From: Candidatus Rokuibacteriota bacterium
GTDB taxonomy: Bacteria; Methylomirabilota; Methylomirabilia; Rokubacteriales; CSP1-6
DNA length: 15,220 bases
Assembly: GCA_016184305.1 (NCBI GenBank)
Contig: JACPCX010000140.1
Coordinates: forward strand, 1 to 15,220
Reading direction: 5' to 3'
In this document: piece after piece, positions 12,892 to 15,220 of the stretch
Layout of the letters: each line of letters starts with the position of its first letter
Numbering within the stretch: the stretch's first letter is position 1
The notes under the pieces: generated by a model
Seen by the model: the letters and a program-made list of their open reading frames with translations, nothing else
Told to the model about the DNA's origin: nothing
Database searches by the model: none
Translations under genes and position numbers: made by a program

Positions 12892-15220
12892 GCCGTCCTT
12901 CTCCGTGCAGCGCCGCCCAGACGCGCTGCGGCGTCATCGGCAGATCGAGATGCCGAACGCCGCGCGGCGCGAGCGCATCGAGCACCGCGTTCACCGCCGC
13001 CGGCAACGACCCCGCCACGCCCGACTCCCCGACCCCCTTGACGCCGAGCGGATTCGTGGTGCATGCGACGCTGTGATGCCCGACCTTCATGTCGGGCATG
13101 TCGTCGGCTCGCGGCACCATGTAGTCCATGAACGACGCGGTCAAGAGCTGGCCGGTTTCGCTGTAGACCACGCTCTCGCCGAGCACCTGGCCGAGGCCCT
13201 GCGCGATCCCGCCGTGGACCTGGCCCTCGACGATGGCGGCGTGCACGATGTTGCCGACGTCGTCCACCGCGGCGTAGCCGACCACCGTCGTCACCCCGGT
13301 CGCCGGATCGATCTCGACCTCGCAGACGTGACAGCCGTTCGGGAAGCTCATCTGCGGCGAGATGAACTTCGCGGCGCTGTCCAGTCCACCCGCGAGATCT
13401 TCCGGCATCCCCGACATCGTGCGCGTGCGCCGCGCCAGATCGGAAATCCCGATCTCCCGGTCGGTCCCGCTGACGCGGAACCTGCCGTCTCGGAACTCGA
13501 CGTCGAACGGCGCCGTCTCGAACAGGCGTGCGGCGATCCGACGGCCCTTCTCGATCGCCGCGTCGCAGGCGAGCGCGGTCGCGCTGCCGGCCATCATCAT
13601 CGAGCGCGACGCCACGCTCGGCGTGCCCACCGGCACCTCGTCGCTGTCGCCCTGGATGAGTCGGACCGCGCTCGCGCCCACGCCGAGCTTTCGCGCGACG
13701 AGCAGCGGGAAGGTCGACAGGTGTCCCTGCCCGAGCGCCTGCACGCCGGTGCGCAGGGTGACCCGGCCGTCGTCCTCGAAGCGGAGGTCCACGGTCTCGT
13801 CGAGGATGCCTCCCGCCACCTCGAGGAAGCAGCACAGGCCGATGCCTCGCAGCCTGCCCGCCCGCTCCGACGCCGCGCGCCGCGCCGGGAAGCCCCGCCA
13901 GTCCGCCAGCGCCAGCGCCCTGCCCATCACCGTCTCGAACTCCCCGCTGTCGTACACCTGGCCGGTCGCCGTCCGGTACGGCATGGCAGTCGGTGGGATG
14001 AAGTTCCGCCGCCGGAGCTCCACCCGGTCGATGCCCATCGCCTGCGCGGCCGAGTCGATCAGGCGTTCGATGAGATAGAGCGCCTCCGGGCGGCCAGCGC
14101 CCCGGTAGGGCCCCAGCGGCGCCGCGTTGGTGAGGATCATCTTCACGTCGATCTGGATCGCGGGAAGCGCATACACGCTGGAGAGACAGTTCTTCGTGTT
14201 GTGGGTGGCGAAGATGGCCGCGTACGTCGAGACGTAGGCGCCGATGCCCACGAACGTGCGCACGCGCAGGGCGAGGAACTGGCCCTGCGCATCCAGAGCA
14301 AGCTCGCCCTCGAGCACGCCGTCGCGGCCGTGCGTGTCGGCCAGGAAGCTCTCGACCCGGGTCGCCCGCCACTTCACCGGGCGGCCGACCCGCCGCGCCG
14401 CCCAGAGCACCACGGCGTACTCCGGGTACGCCTGTACCTTCATGCCGAAGCCGCCGCCGACGTCGTACGTGAGCACGCGGATTTTCTCCGGCGGTACCTT
14501 GAACACGCCCTCGGCGAGCAATCGGCGCACCACCGCGACGCCCTGCGTGCCCGCGATCAGCGTATAGCGTTCGGTCGTCGCATCCCACTGCCCGATGGCG
14601 GCGCGCGGCTCCAGCGCCGCGGGGGCCAGGCGCGTGTCGAGCAGCCGCACGCGCGCGACGTGGGCGGCCCCCGTGAGCGCGGCCTCGACCGCCGGCGCAT
14701 CGCCGTCCGTCCAGTCGAAGGCGACGTTGTCCGGCGCCTCGGGCCAGATGGTCGGCGCGCCCGGTGCCATCGCCCGCTCGACGTCCGCCGCGGCCGCCAG
14801 CTCCGCGAGGTCGGCGACCACCGCCTCGACCGCATCCTGCGCCTGCGCGAGGGTCTCCGCCACGACGACCGCGATCGCTTCGCCGACGTACCGCACGCGC
14901 GCCGCCGCGAGCGGCGGCATCGCCGCGGCGAACATCGGCTTGCCGCCGCGCCCCGGAAACGACGCCACGGGGAGGATCGCGCCGAGCCCCTCGTCGGCGA
15001 GGTCCCTTCCCGTGAACACGCCGATCACGCCGGGCATTGTCCTGGCCTTCGACACGTCCACCCCGCGGATCCCCGCGTGCCCGACCGGCGCCCGCACGAA
15101 CGCCGCATGCGCCTGTCCGGGCACGTCGATGTCGTCGGTGAAACGTCCGCGCCCGGTGAGCAGCGGCTCGTCCTCGCTGCGCCGGGCGCCGCGGTCGCTG
15201 CCGAATCGCAGGATGTTCTC
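12887..15220 (-). CDS. Xanthine dehydrogenase family molybdopterin-binding subunit (CoxL/CutL form II-like), 5' end beyond window
   Basis: Frame is open to the window edge (ENILRFGSDRGARRSEDEPLLTGRGRFTDD); DVGGGFGMK, PYRGAGRPEA, QALGQGH, VEGQVHGGIAQGLGQ, NPLGVKGVGESG. Confidence 0.95.
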   Translation of the reverse strand, partial: ENILRFGSDRGARRSEDEPLLTGRGRFTDDIDVPGQAHAAFVRAPVGHAGIRGVDVSKARTMPGVIGVFTGRDLADEGLGAILPVASFPGRGGKPMFAAAMPPLAAARVRYVGEAIAVVVAETLAQAQDAVEAVVADLAELAAAADVERAMAPGAPTIWPEAPDNVAFDWTDGDAPAVEAALTGAAHVARVRLLDTRLAPAALEPRAAIGQWDATTERYTLIAGTQGVAVVRRLLAEGVFKVPPEKIRVLTYDVGGGFGMKVQAYPEYAVVLWAARRVGRPVKWRATRVESFLADTHGRDGVLEGELALDAQGQFLALRVRTFVGIGAYVSTYAAIFATHNTKNCLSSVYALPAIQIDVKMILTNAAPLGPYRGAGRPEALYLIERLIDSAAQAMGIDRVELRRRNFIPPTAMPYRTATGQVYDSGEFETVMGRALALADWRGFPARRAASERAGRLRGIGLCCFLEVAGGILDETVDLRFEDDGRVTLRTGVQALGQGHLSTFPLLVARKLGVGASAVRLIQGDSDEVPVGTPSVASRSMMMAGSATALACDAAIEKGRRIAARLFETAPFDVEFRDGRFRVSGTDREIGISDLARRTRTMSGMPEDLAGGLDSAAKFISPQMSFPNGCHVCEVEIDPATGVTTVVGYAAVDDVGNIVHAAIVEGQVHGGIAQGLGQVLGESVVYSETGQLLTASFMDYMVPRADDMPDMKVGHHSVACTTNPLGVKGVGESGVAGSLPAAVNAVLDALAPRGVRHLDLPMTPQRVWAALHGEGRP

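Noticed and set aside
12887..15220. Bona fide aerobic CO dehydrogenase (form I coxL)
   Set aside because: It lacks the Cys-containing AYxCSFR loop needed for the Cu-Mo site.

Overview
Very GC-rich bacterial chromosomal window with mostly metabolic genes. The gene style is reminiscent of Ca. Rokubacteria/Methylomirabilota, but that is an unverified impression. In order: the 3' end of an acyl-CoA ligase; a decayed toxin-antitoxin-like patch (small helical protein, frameshifted and internally deleted nucleotidyltransferase-like gene, MazF/PemK C-terminal scrap); a GIY-YIG nuclease; a CBS-pair protein; an FprA-type ferredoxin-NADP+ reductase. Next is a long minus-strand run: biotin carboxylase, biotin carrier, a polar amino-acid ABC transporter interrupted by an AAA_14/DUF4143 ATPase gene with its own promoter, YjgN/DUF898 and an M48 peptidase. 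The window ends with a CMD-family protein, a PPOX F420-type oxidoreductase and a partial xanthine dehydrogenase/CoxL-like Mo subunit. The most striking unexplained pattern is in three intergenic gaps of the minus-strand run (5929-6062, 6781-6810, 10226-10297). Each carries a hairpin repeat or an inverted-repeat arm and is spanned exactly by 9-23 aa mini-ORFs whose start overlaps the upstream stop and whose stop overlaps the downstream start (ATGA/TGATG/TAATG/GTGA). This suggests repeats that act as translational-coupling relays. No rRNA, tRNA, transposase or cas gene was recognised.
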